From positions 2,528,001-2,592,000 of the forward strand of contig OZ253442.1 of NCBI GenBank assembly GCA_965261085.1: DNA of 64,000 bases, written 5' to 3'. Both the position numbers and the translations under genes were made by a program. This DNA is from a bacterium. GTDB lineage: Bacteria > UBA8248. This document shows positions 1 to 9,533 of this stretch, piece after piece. The notes below the pieces were generated by a model. That model was given only the letters and a program-made list of their open reading frames with translations, did no database searches and was not told the origin of the DNA. Numbering within the stretch: the stretch's first letter is position 1; the number at the start of each line of letters is the position of its first letter.

Positions 1-14
1 TTGAAGAAATAAGT

Positions 15-959
15 TTGAGAAAGGATAGTAGGTTGGAACTCTCGGGTGTCTTGAATCTGAAGAAAAAACATGGCCCTACCTCGCACGATATGGTTGATGA
101 AGTAAGAAAACTGCTTCCCGCAAAAACAAAAGTGGGGCATGCAGGCACACTTGATCCTATGGCCGAAGGAGTATTGCCGATTTGTATTGGTAATTCGACG
201 AAATTGTTCTCATATTTTTTGGGGTGTAAGAAAACGTATCGTGCTGTCATGTTGTTTGGACGAGTGACAGATACCCAGGATATTACTGGAAAATTGTTGG
301 CCGAATCTGAGCCAGGAGATATTGCACTTCCTCGAGCCCAAGAACTTTTGAATGCTATGTTGGGCAAAACAATGCAGGTACCACCGATGTATTCCGCTTT
401 GAAGGCCAATGGAAAGCGCCTGCATGAATTAGCGCGTTCTGGCAAGGAAATTGAAAGAGAGAAGCGACCCATAGAGGTATTCAGGATCAAAGCAATTGGA
501 ATAGAAGGTCCCCAACTCACCTTTGATGTCACATGTTCTCGGGGAACATATATTCGATCTATTTGTCATGATGTTGGCGCCAATCAAAGAGCCGGCGGAT
601 GTTTACAAGCACTCACGCGAACTGCCTTGGGCCCGTTCGAACTCTTAGATTCCATTTTTCTCGAAGATGTTCAAAGTCATTTGAAAGAAAAACGTCTTAA
701 AGATATTCTAATGAGTCCGGCACAGGCTCTCGCACATTTGCCTGCCATCTATGTGCACCCGAGAGCGGAGGTGCGGGTGTTGAATGGCGCTATGATCAGG
801 ATCGAAGATGTTCGGGAAGTTGTTGATTATCCAGTAGATACCCTTGTCCGTATGCTGAATGAACCGGGAGAATTATTGGCGGTTGGAAAAATGGTCCATG
901 AAAATATACGAAAACGTAACCAAGGGTTTGTGGCGCCTGAAAAAGTGTTTGCCACCTAG
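15..959 (+). CDS. truB: tRNA pseudouridine(55) synthase TruB
   Basis: KVGHAGTLDPMAEGVL catalytic motif, QVPPMYSALK, CSRGTYIRS; upstream of rpsO-pnp. Start codon uncertain. Confidence 0.96.
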   Translation: MRKDSRLELSGVLNLKKKHGPTSHDMVDEVRKLLPAKTKVGHAGTLDPMAEGVLPICIGNSTKLFSYFLGCKKTYRAVMLFGRVTDTQDITGKLLAESEPGDIALPRAQELLNAMLGKTMQVPPMYSALKANGKRLHELARSGKEIEREKRPIEVFRIKAIGIEGPQLTFDVTCSRGTYIRSICHDVGANQRAGGCLQALTRTALGPFELLDSIFLEDVQSHLKEKRLKDILMSPAQALAHLPAIYVHPRAEVRVLNGAMIRIEDVREVVDYPVDTLVRMLNEPGELLAVGKMVHENIRKRNQGFVAPEKVFAT

Positions 960-983
960 ATTTAAGAGAAGATCTGTTCTGTA

Positions 984-1012
984 TTTACATTGATGGAAAA
1001 GTTGTATACAAT
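984..1012 (+). promoter_or_regulatory. Putative sigma70 promoter of rpsO
   Basis: TTTACA (984-989), 17-nt spacer, TACAAT (1007-1012). Confidence 0.6.
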
Positions 1013-1093
1013 CCGCCCGGTTTCACGAAGTTGCGCTAATGTGGCTCATCAGGGCCGAGAGAGACGATATAAGCAGTGGAGGAAGTGACAGAA

Positions 1094-1363
1094 ATGCCCC
1101 TAGCAAAGGAGCGAAAATCGGAAGTTATCGAAAAATTTCGCACACATGACACCGACACCGGTTCACCAGAAGTGCAGGTAGCTATCCTAACCGAGCGCAT
1201 TACCTACCTCACAGACCATTTCAAGACCCACAAGAAAGATCATCATTCCCGAAGAGGTCTACTCAAGCTCGTGGGTCAGCGGCGTCGCCTCCTTGATTAT
1301 TTGAAAGAGAAGGACATCAACCGCTACCGCACGATCATTCAGGATCTTGGCCTGCGTCGCTAG
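1094..1363 (+). CDS. rpsO: 30S ribosomal protein S15
   Basis: [13 protein letters not shown]...[22 protein letters not shown]; ATG 1094 downstream of GGAGG. Confidence 0.98.
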   Translation: MPLAKERKSEVIEKFRTHDTDTGSPEVQVAILTERITYLTDHFKTHKKDHHSRRGLLKLVGQRRRLLDYLKEKDINRYRTIIQDLGLRR

Positions 1364-1395
1364 CCGTGGATCTTGCCTCAGAGGGAAGTAATATA

Positions 1396-3531
1396 ATGCC
1401 ACCGTATCGAAAAAACATATCTATTAATGGTTACACTCTTGCTTTTGAAACAGGTGAGATAGCCAAGCAAGCCGGTGGCGCCGTAATGATGCATTATGGT
1501 GAAACCAGTGTGCTGTGTACGGCTTGCGCCTCGCACTCGCCTCGTGAGGGAATAGACTTTTTCCCACTTACTGTCGATTATCGAGAATTTTTCTACGCAG
1601 CAGGAATTATTCCCGGCAATTTTTTCCGGCGCGAGGCAAGACCTGGCGAGAGAGAGACATTAACCTGTCGTTTAATCGATAGGCCAATTCGTCCTCTTTT
1701 CCCGAAGGAATTTCGTTGTGAGACGATGATTCAGGTCATGGTCATGTCTTACGATAAGTTGAATGATTCCGATATTTTGGCAATCAATGGAACCTCCGCC
1801 GCTCTCCATATTTCAGATATCCCTTTCGCAGGTCCTATCGGTGCTGTTCGTGTCGGGCGAATTGATGGCGAAATTATTGTTAATCCCACGATCGAACAGC
1901 AAATTGACAGCGATGTGAATTGTGTGATGGCAGGAACATCGGATGCGATAGTGATGGTGGAGGCAGGAAGTTTCGAAGTTTCTGAAGACGTATATATGGA
2001 AGCGTTTGAAAAAGGCCATGCGGTGATTAAAGAGTTGTGCGCTCTACAGAATGAACTGAGAGAGGAATGCGGAAAAACTAAACGCGTCATCGAGCCTGAA
2101 GAAGAAGATGCGGAACTTCTAGGGAAGGTTCGTGAAATTGTTCTTCCTAAATTAAAGGCGGCTGCGGAGATTCACGATAAGGCAGGACAATATGGCGCAA
2201 TTGATGAGGCGAAAGCTGCTGCCGTCGGTTCTCTTTGCTCAGATGAGGAAGGGTCTCCTGGAAGAGGAGTTGTCTCTGATTATTTTGGGAAAATCGAAAA
2301 AGAAGTTTTCCGTGGTTTGATTTTAGACGAGGGGAAACGTTCCGATGGTCGGGGGCTTCGTGATGTCAGGCCGATTACCATCAGAATGTCACCTCTTGCC
2401 AGGCCCCACGGCAGCTCATTATTCACACGTGGTGAAACCCAGGCGTTGGTGACTGTAACGTTAGGTACGGCCTCCCAAGCGCAATTAATAGACACTCTGG
2501 ATGGCAAAGCCGACAGGACTTTTCTTCTGCACTATAATTTTCCCGGATTTAGCGTCGGTGAAGCGAAACCAAACCGCGGCCCTGGCCGCCGCGAAATTGG
2601 CCACGGTGCGCTTGCTTCTCGCGCCGTGCAGGCGATATTGCCCGAGCAGGAAGATTTTCCCTATACAATCCGCGTGGTCTCAGATATCACGGAGAGCAAT
2701 GGTAGTTCATCCATGGCGAGCATCTGCGGCGCTAGCTTGGCCTTGATGAGTGCGGGTGTACCGATAACATCTCCAGTGGCCGGCATTGCCATGGGCTTAA
2801 TTAGTGAAGAATCCACAGGGAGAACGGCAATACTTACGGATATCCTTGGATTGGAAGATCATTTAGGAGATATGGACTTCAAGGTTGGTGGTACGCGTCA
2901 TGGCATTACTGCCCTTCAGATGGATATCAAGATCAAAGGGTTGCAATTGAGCCTCGTGGGAGATGCTTTGGCCCAGGCCAACGATGCGCGGATGCATGTA
3001 CTTGAGCAGATGGATAAAGTGATTTCCCAGCCAAGCGAAGAGATTTCCCCTTACGCGCCGAGGATTATGACGATTCAGGTTTCCAAAGATCGTGTGAGAG
3101 ATGTCATTGGACCGGGCGGGAAAGTGATTCGGGGAATTGTCGAGGAGACGGGGGCAGATGTAGATATCGAAGATGATGGAACAATCTTCATCTCCTCCAC
3201 CGATGAGGCGGCAGCTCTTAGGGCGATAGAGATCATTCGTGAGCTGACTCAGGAAGCCGAAAAGGGCACGATTTACTATGGTACAGTCAGAAAAATCATG
3301 GATTTTGGAGCATTCGTCGAAATATTCCCAGGAACGGATGGCCTTTGTCATATCAGCATGATTGCAAAGAAGAGAATTGGTTCTGTAAGTGATGTCTTAA
3401 AAGAAGGCCAGAAGGTTTTGGTGAAATGCATCGAAGTGGAAGGAAACGGGAGAATTCGCCTCTCGATGAAAGATGTCACAGAAGAAGAGTTGCCCGAAGA
3501 ATGGAAGCAATTCTATGCGCCCGTGACCTGA
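1396..3531 (+). CDS. pnp: Polyribonucleotide nucleotidyltransferase (PNPase)
   Basis: DFFPLTVDY, FTRGETQ, RREIGHG, SNGSSSMAS, GDMDFKVGG; C-terminal KH and S1 domains. Confidence 0.98.
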   Translation: MPPYRKNISINGYTLAFETGEIAKQAGGAVMMHYGETSVLCTACASHSPREGIDFFPLTVDYREFFYAAGIIPGNFFRREARPGERETLTCRLIDRPIRPLFPKEFRCETMIQVMVMSYDKLNDSDILAINGTSAALHISDIPFAGPIGAVRVGRIDGEIIVNPTIEQQIDSDVNCVMAGTSDAIVMVEAGSFEVSEDVYMEAFEKGHAVIKELCALQNELREECGKTKRVIEPEEEDAELLGKVREIVLPKLKAAAEIHDKAGQYGAIDEAKAAAVGSLCSDEEGSPGRGVVSDYFGKIEKEVFRGLILDEGKRSDGRGLRDVRPITIRMSPLARPHGSSLFTRGETQALVTVTLGTASQAQLIDTLDGKADRTFLLHYNFPGFSVGEAKPNRGPGRREIGHGALASRAVQAILPEQEDFPYTIRVVSDITESNGSSSMASICGASLALMSAGVPITSPVAGIAMGLISEESTGRTAILTDILGLEDHLGDMDFKVGGTRHGITALQMDIKIKGLQLSLVGDALAQANDARMHVLEQMDKVISQPSEEISPYAPRIMTIQVSKDRVRDVIGPGGKVIRGIVEETGADVDIEDDGTIFISSTDEAAALRAIEIIRELTQEAEKGTIYYGTVRKIMDFGAFVEIFPGTDGLCHISMIAKKRIGSVSDVLKEGQKVLVKCIEVEGNGRIRLSMKDVTEEELPEEWKQFYAPVT

Positions 3532-3554
3532 TGAAACTAAATTTTGATGTGTGC

Positions 3555-3582
3555 ACCGGTCTCCTCGGAGGCCGGTTTTTTT
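3555..3582 (+). terminator. Rho-independent terminator after pnp
   Basis: ACCGGTCTC-ctcg-GAGGCCGGT stem-loop followed by a T run. Confidence 0.85.
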
Positions 3583-3668
3583 GGTTTGCTCCCATGAAAA
3601 ATAGATGTAGCGCATTTATTGGTACGGCGTGTCACTGATAACTCTTCAAGAAAATCCAGAGGGTAAAA

Positions 3669-4757
3669 ATGAACAAAAAATCATTAGGTGTGGGTGTTGT
3701 AGGTTCTGGCAGAATAGGAACCCTGCGAGCTAATCTGGTCTCACATCACCCGTCTCTTGAATTTTTGGCGGTATCGGACATTGATCTAGACCGGGCGAAA
3801 GAATTAGGGGGGCAAGTAGGCGCCCAACTAGCTACAGGTCGAAATGAAGAAGTAATAGAACACCCGGATGTCACGACTGTCATCGTGTCCACACCCGAGC
3901 ACGATCACGCCGATTCCATTATCCATGCCTTGGAATTAGGCAAGCCTGTGCTGGTGGAAAAACCGATTTCCCTGACCTTGGAAGATGCCGACCGCATACT
4001 CTCAGTTGCCGAGAGGACGGGTACTGAACTCAGGGTAGGTTATGCCCAACGGTTCAAACGTCGCTACCAGATGGCGAAAGAACAAATTATTCAAGGAAGA
4101 CTAGGGGAAATTCTCGCAGGAACAGGCCGGACCTGTAACACTCGCGCCCAGGGACTACAGATACTGAAACGCTCTCCTCACGCAACGCCTGTGCTTGATG
4201 TGCTCACGTATTGGGTGGATATGACCTGTTGGTTCATGGAAGGTCATCGCCCAGTGGAGGTGGTCGCTCGTGGAAACGGGAAAATATACAAAGAACTCGG
4301 CTATTCAGTGAACGATGTCACTTGGTCGATCGTTACATTTGACAATGGAGCCGTAATGAATTTGGGTGTTTTTTACGCCCTGCCTGCGAAATACCCGGCA
4401 CTGGGCCAAAGTGTGAGGATGGAAATTTATGGTACGGATGGCGTTTTAATGCTTGATGAAGACCATAAGGATGAGATGCTATACACCGACAAGGGAATTC
4501 CACACACATATATACCGGATCATCACATCCACACTGCATTTTTGAGCAGTACGACTCCTGGTGACTGGGCGGCGGGTGATTATTGGGGTCCACTGGGTGA
4601 TGAAACAAGAAGCTGGCTGGATCATGTTATCAATGGGAGACCAACAACTCACGCCACGGCTGAGGATGCGCGTCAAACTTTGGAAGTGACGATAGCGATG
4701 GAGTTGTCTTCCAAAACGGGAGAGGCCGTAAATTTACCATTGGGTGAAGGGCATTAA
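3669..4757 (+). CDS. Gfo/Idh/MocA family NAD(P)-dependent oxidoreductase
   Basis: GVVGSGRIG Rossmann motif, VLVEKP motif. Confidence 0.9.
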   Translation: MNKKSLGVGVVGSGRIGTLRANLVSHHPSLEFLAVSDIDLDRAKELGGQVGAQLATGRNEEVIEHPDVTTVIVSTPEHDHADSIIHALELGKPVLVEKPISLTLEDADRILSVAERTGTELRVGYAQRFKRRYQMAKEQIIQGRLGEILAGTGRTCNTRAQGLQILKRSPHATPVLDVLTYWVDMTCWFMEGHRPVEVVARGNGKIYKELGYSVNDVTWSIVTFDNGAVMNLGVFYALPAKYPALGQSVRMEIYGTDGVLMLDEDHKDEMLYTDKGIPHTYIPDHHIHTAFLSSTTPGDWAAGDYWGPLGDETRSWLDHVINGRPTTHATAEDARQTLEVTIAMELSSKTGEAVNLPLGEGH

Positions 4758-5030
4758 GAGATTCGATCGAAAAGAGAAGTCCATGCAAAAGATTCGGCGA
4801 AAATTCAAAGGTCTTCGGTAGTCTTCAACTCTTCAGAATTGGTTGAGCATAATCATCTAACGATATCGATCAAGCGGCATTCGTACAGGGCAGTTTTGGC
4901 TCAGTTACTATAGGATGCAGAAAGCAATTTACGTCCCTTGCTCTCTAGTGTCGCCCCGTATGGTTCAATTCGCACGATTCGGATTTGGACTTGCTACCAC
5001 CAAATGGATAAACGACATCTGCTGTTTGGG

Positions 5031-6032
5031 CTAAGTATTTTCTTTTAAAGCAGAATAATCCTCCGTATAGTTGGGGGCTGGAGTTGCTCCTTGTCCTTGA
5101 ATTATGTGAATTTTGCCTTCGGTTCGGTCGGCATTTCGAAATCCGCGCTGCACACCGGTGGGCACCCAGCAAGCATCCCATGGTTCGAGAACGGCTTGCC
5201 CGATGTTTCCCCGCTCGTCAGCCCAGTAGACCACCCATCTGCCTTCTAGCGCGATAAAAAGTTCCTCACATGGATGGTCATGCAGCGGTGCGCCGCGGCC
5301 ATTGCCGCATTCCACCATTGCGTATCCTATCTCTCCCTCGGATAGGGAAGGTGGTGGGCCTTCATCCGTATCACCGGATACGCCCCCGATATAGCGCCTG
5401 AGAGAACGCACCCCTTCAGGGAGTTTCGCTTCGTGATAAACGCTCCAGTTGCGAGGACATTCTTCAAAACGGACCAGTTGGGTGGCCGGGTCATAGGCAG
5501 GTTTATTGACGTAAGATTCGGTTCGAACGCCATCGGGCAAACCTTCTTGCAGTGATTCAGGATAGACGGGGTATTGGTAGTCGCCTTGGCCGTGGATAAA
5601 ATGAATGAACCCATCATCTTTTCCGACATTTCTGAACCCGCGCATCACACCTGAGGGAACGCGGATAAGATCGTATTTACCCAAGATGATGTTTTGGGGG
5701 GCATTGGTTTCAAAATCTTCCCAAAATATATCGAATTCTCCTTCCCAGACCATGAAAATTTCTTCATCTGGATGATCGTGAAGCGGTGCGCCGTTGTTGG
5801 GAGGAGTCATGGCGATACCACAAGTGAATTCCCAGCCAGGAAGGGGGGAGCGTAGGTTTTGACCAGAAATACCACCAATGTATCGGTAAATCGCCCGGTG
5901 ATTACCCTCGATATGGGAATCGTGATATTCCCCCCAGTCAGGCGCTAATTCACCAAAGCGAATGACTGTAACCGGGGCTACCGTTGTTTTAGGTTTGAGA
6001 GTTTGTTGATTTGAATTTGTGGAAATATTCAC
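5031..6032 (-). CDS. Two-domain cupin (bicupin) protein
   Basis: Two repeats with GAPLHDHP(D/C)EE.F and VP.GV.RGFRN; probable GTG start at 6032 after GAGGAG. Confidence 0.85.
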   Translation of the reverse strand: MNISTNSNQQTLKPKTTVAPVTVIRFGELAPDWGEYHDSHIEGNHRAIYRYIGGISGQNLRSPLPGWEFTCGIAMTPPNNGAPLHDHPDEEIFMVWEGEFDIFWEDFETNAPQNIILGKYDLIRVPSGVMRGFRNVGKDDGFIHFIHGQGDYQYPVYPESLQEGLPDGVRTESYVNKPAYDPATQLVRFEECPRNWSVYHEAKLPEGVRSLRRYIGGVSGDTDEGPPPSLSEGEIGYAMVECGNGRGAPLHDHPCEELFIALEGRWVVYWADERGNIGQAVLEPWDACWVPTGVQRGFRNADRTEGKIHIIQGQGATPAPNYTEDYSALKENT

Positions 6033-6191
6033 TTCTGATTCTCCTCGATAGTGAAAATTACCATCTCTCCAACTACGCATTTGCTGTAAGTGGTGATTAA
6101 GGCGAATATGTTATCACCATCATAGATGTATTTCTATCCTTGAATTTAGGGTGAATTGTAATGAATGGTTTTTAGATTCCGAGGGTATCGT

Positions 6192-7868
6192 ATGATTCTA
6201 AAAAATAGAATATTCGCAATAATTTTCGTAGTTTTGGGGGTTCTCCCATCTTCTGGGTTTGCCCAATCAGCAGATATCGCCCTGGTGAACGGGAAAGTAT
6301 TAACAGTCGATGCGAATTTTTCCATTCAGCAGGCAGTGGCCATCCGGGGCGAACGCATTTTATCTGTGGGGGATAACTCCCAGATAACTAAACTGATAGG
6401 TTCAAATACGAAAGTGATTGATCTGCAAGGCAAAATGCTGATTCCGGGTCTGATAGATAATCATGTTCATTTTATCCGACATGCGTTGCGTTGGGAGCAT
6501 GAAGCAAGAATCGATGGGGTGATTTCACGTAAAAAAGCGCTTTCCATCATTTCCGCCAAGGCGAAATCATTGAAACGCGGGGAGTGGGTGCTCATCATTG
6601 GTGGATGGAGTCCCGACCAATTTCGCGATAAGCCGGGATTGTTTACGAAAGCGGAATTGGACGGGGCCGCCCCGAACAATCCGGTTTTTATTCAGCAATC
6701 ATATCGGCTTATGATCTTGAATAGCCAGGCTCTGAAGAAGGCGGGGATCAATGAGAACTCGCAAGAGCCGAGAGGCTGGCGGATAGTCAGAAGTGATTCT
6801 GGGGCTCCTACGGGCGTTATTTACGGTCGTCGGGCCATTTTCCGGTTCTGGCGACGTGAACTGCCGAAAGTTACGGAAAACAAAGTCATATCCGGCCTGA
6901 AGAAGCTGATGACGGACTTTAACCGTGCTGGTGTAACGGGTTTGCTCGAGTTAGGTGGTGGCGGGGTTAGGGACGAAACTTACAAGTTGATTCAGAGAAA
7001 ATTGTCCCCCAAAAATGGCCTTTCGGTGAGGATATTTTACACACCTCGCTTTCGGGTGCGTTCTCCGGAGCGAAATAAAAGAGTGATTGAGAGAATTCGA
7101 AAATCCCGCCCTGATAAATCCGCCAAGATGATGGGTGAAATCGCGCTTGGCGAGCATATGTATGCGCCTATCCACGATTCGCCGTTCAGGCCTGCACGGG
7201 CTTCGGATGAGGATTATCATGAATTTGCAAAAGTTTCCGAGGCGGCTGTAGATGGGGGATGGACGATTCACGAGCATGCTTTTCGCGATACTACGATTAC
7301 GCGGTATTTGGACATTTTCGAGAAAATAAATCAAAAAAAGAAAATAACGAATCTGCGCTGGTCGATTCATCACGCGGATTTCATCTCAATGAGAAACATC
7401 GAGCGCGTCAAAGCGCTCGGAATGACTTTGGCCCTGCACAGCAAAATGACGATTCTAGGTTCCGCGCTGAGGCGAAGATTGGGGAAACGCGCGCTCTCGC
7501 TGCCGCCGTTGCGGACGGTTCAGAATAGCGGGGTCATTTGGGGGCTTGGTACGGATGCCGGTGTCGTAGCTCCTTATCCGCCAATGCTTTCCCTGTGGTG
7601 GGCCGTTACTGGCAAGGATTTACGCGGGAAGAGGGCGCTTTCGGAGACCGAAACCGTTTCCAGAAAAAACGCGCTCATCGCCCATACGAGGTCGAACGCA
7701 TACCTGCTATTCAAGGAAAGTGAGCTGGGCTCTATCGAAAAGGGTAAATTGGCCGACCTCGTCGTGCTCGACCGCGATTACATGACGATCCCTGAAGATC
7801 ATATCAAGGACATCAAGCCTTTGCTCACGATGGTCGGGGGAAGGGTGGTGTTCCGCTCAAGAATATGA
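6192..7868 (+). CDS. Exported amidohydrolase 3 (YtcJ-like) family protein
   Basis: Signal peptide (…SSGFA|QS), PGLIDNHVH, GTD, GSIEKGKLADLVVLD. Confidence 0.88.
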   Translation: MILKNRIFAIIFVVLGVLPSSGFAQSADIALVNGKVLTVDANFSIQQAVAIRGERILSVGDNSQITKLIGSNTKVIDLQGKMLIPGLIDNHVHFIRHALRWEHEARIDGVISRKKALSIISAKAKSLKRGEWVLIIGGWSPDQFRDKPGLFTKAELDGAAPNNPVFIQQSYRLMILNSQALKKAGINENSQEPRGWRIVRSDSGAPTGVIYGRRAIFRFWRRELPKVTENKVISGLKKLMTDFNRAGVTGLLELGGGGVRDETYKLIQRKLSPKNGLSVRIFYTPRFRVRSPERNKRVIERIRKSRPDKSAKMMGEIALGEHMYAPIHDSPFRPARASDEDYHEFAKVSEAAVDGGWTIHEHAFRDTTITRYLDIFEKINQKKKITNLRWSIHHADFISMRNIERVKALGMTLALHSKMTILGSALRRRLGKRALSLPPLRTVQNSGVIWGLGTDAGVVAPYPPMLSLWWAVTGKDLRGKRALSETETVSRKNALIAHTRSNAYLLFKESELGSIEKGKLADLVVLDRDYMTIPEDHIKDIKPLLTMVGGRVVFRSRI

Positions 7869-8033
7869 AATCGAGGTCATCCCTATATCTGTTTGAATTT
7901 TCATCAACTAGGCGTTGGCGCCTGAAAAATGAGAAATCTGATTTGACAGCAAGAATCGGATAGAAGACTCCCGGCGTTGCGATTACATTATGGATGAATA
8001 TGTAATCGCTCATGTCTTTTGGGGAGGCTGAAA

Positions 8034-9077
8034 ATGGATATGAATGCTCAGTGGGAAGCGATTCTCAAGCGAGACACAAGGGCGGATGGCCGTTTCGTAT
8101 ACGCTGTTCGTTCCACCGGAATTTATTGCCGTCCTTCATGCGCGAGCCGGAAGCCAAATAAAAACAACGTGCTAATATTCGAATTCCCCGAAATGGCCGA
8201 AGGGCGCGGGTTCAGGCCCTGCCTGAGGTGCGCTCCCCGGGATACCGACTACGATCCCCGCCTCGAGAAGGTGAGAAAAACCGTTCGCTACATCGAAGAA
8301 CACGCGGATGAAAGCCCCACCCTTGCGGAGTTGGGGCGGGCTGTGGGTGCAAGTCCCCACCATTTGCAGCGCACCTTCAAAGGCGCCCTGGGCGTGAGTC
8401 CCCGCCAGTATCTCGAATCCCTCAAAGCGCAAAAATACAAGGATTTACTCAAAAACGGACGCGATCTGGCGGGCGCCGGCTATGAGGCCGGGTACGGCTC
8501 GAGCAGCCGGGTGTATGAGGGCGCATCGCGCTATCTGGGCATGACTCCTGCGACGTATAAGAAGGGTGGGGAAGGCGTTTCGATACGCTACGGAATCACC
8601 GAGTGCCGCTTGGGCCGATTGCTTGTCGCGGCTACCGATAAGGGAGTTTGCCGCGTGAGCATCGGGGAGAGAATCGGCGAACTCGTCCTCGATCTGAAAA
8701 ATGAATATCCCAATGCAATACTGCGTCGTAGCGATGATGAATTAAAGAAATACTTGAATATTGTCGCCCTTCTCGCCGAAGGAGAGACGCCCCCCGAATC
8801 CCTGCCCCTCGACGTGCGCGCCAGCGCTTTTCAGTGCCGCGTATGGGAGCGGCTTAAATCCATTCCTCCTGGAAATACAATGACTTACAAGGAGGTCGCC
8901 CAAGACCTGGGGCTTGAGAGGGGCGCGAGGGCGGTAGGGCGCGCATGCGCCGAGAACCCGGTGGCGCTGCTGGTTCCCTGCCATCGCGTGATCCGGGGAG
9001 ACGGGAGCCTCGCAGGCTATCGCTGGGGCGTGGAGCGCAAGAGGGAATTGCTGGAGATGGAGAAGAAACGAAAATAA
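8034..9077 (+). CDS. ada: Bifunctional transcriptional activator / O6-methylguanine-DNA methyltransferase Ada
   Basis: Zn site GIYCRPSC...FRPCLRC, AraC-type HTH, VPCHRV active site. Confidence 0.95.
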   Translation: MDMNAQWEAILKRDTRADGRFVYAVRSTGIYCRPSCASRKPNKNNVLIFEFPEMAEGRGFRPCLRCAPRDTDYDPRLEKVRKTVRYIEEHADESPTLAELGRAVGASPHHLQRTFKGALGVSPRQYLESLKAQKYKDLLKNGRDLAGAGYEAGYGSSSRVYEGASRYLGMTPATYKKGGEGVSIRYGITECRLGRLLVAATDKGVCRVSIGERIGELVLDLKNEYPNAILRRSDDELKKYLNIVALLAEGETPPESLPLDVRASAFQCRVWERLKSIPPGNTMTYKEVAQDLGLERGARAVGRACAENPVALLVPCHRVIRGDGSLAGYRWGVERKRELLEMEKKRK

Positions 9078-9533
9078 TTTCAACTGTTTACGGATAATAC
9101 CCCCAAAGCGGATGAACGGATTCCACAGCCTTCGACGGCGTCCCCTGCACTTTCAGAAACTTACCGAAACCAGACGAAAAAACATCGTTTTATTTCTCGA
9201 AAAACCCCGTGAATTTATCTAATTTTATCGATATTTTCATTAATTCCCTTGGCCCCGAGCGGGCCGATTCGCTTCGCCACCATACCCGGTCGCGCCCGGC
9301 ATCAACGCACCGCAAATGCGGGCAATTGCGCATTTCCTGCGGACGAGGTTCACTCAGGGAGCGTACCCAGCGGCGAGTCAATCCTGACCGGAAGAAATGG
9401 ACTGCCTGACGGGGGAGGGAGGTTTTTCGTAGTCGGGTGGCTCTCTGCGTTGTCCGACTCCCCCCGTGGTTCTCCTTTGCGGGACAGGGTCAGGACATGC
9501 GCAGGGGCCTGTCCTTCGAGCCCTTACACCGCC

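Noticed and set aside
9190-9498. Second selenoprotein (minus-strand ATG-TCC-TGA-CCC-TGT, in frame with ORF 9190..9381)
   Set aside because: No recognisable protein family, no UxxC-type motif, no convincing RBS, and the 3' part runs through an AT-rich intergenic tract.
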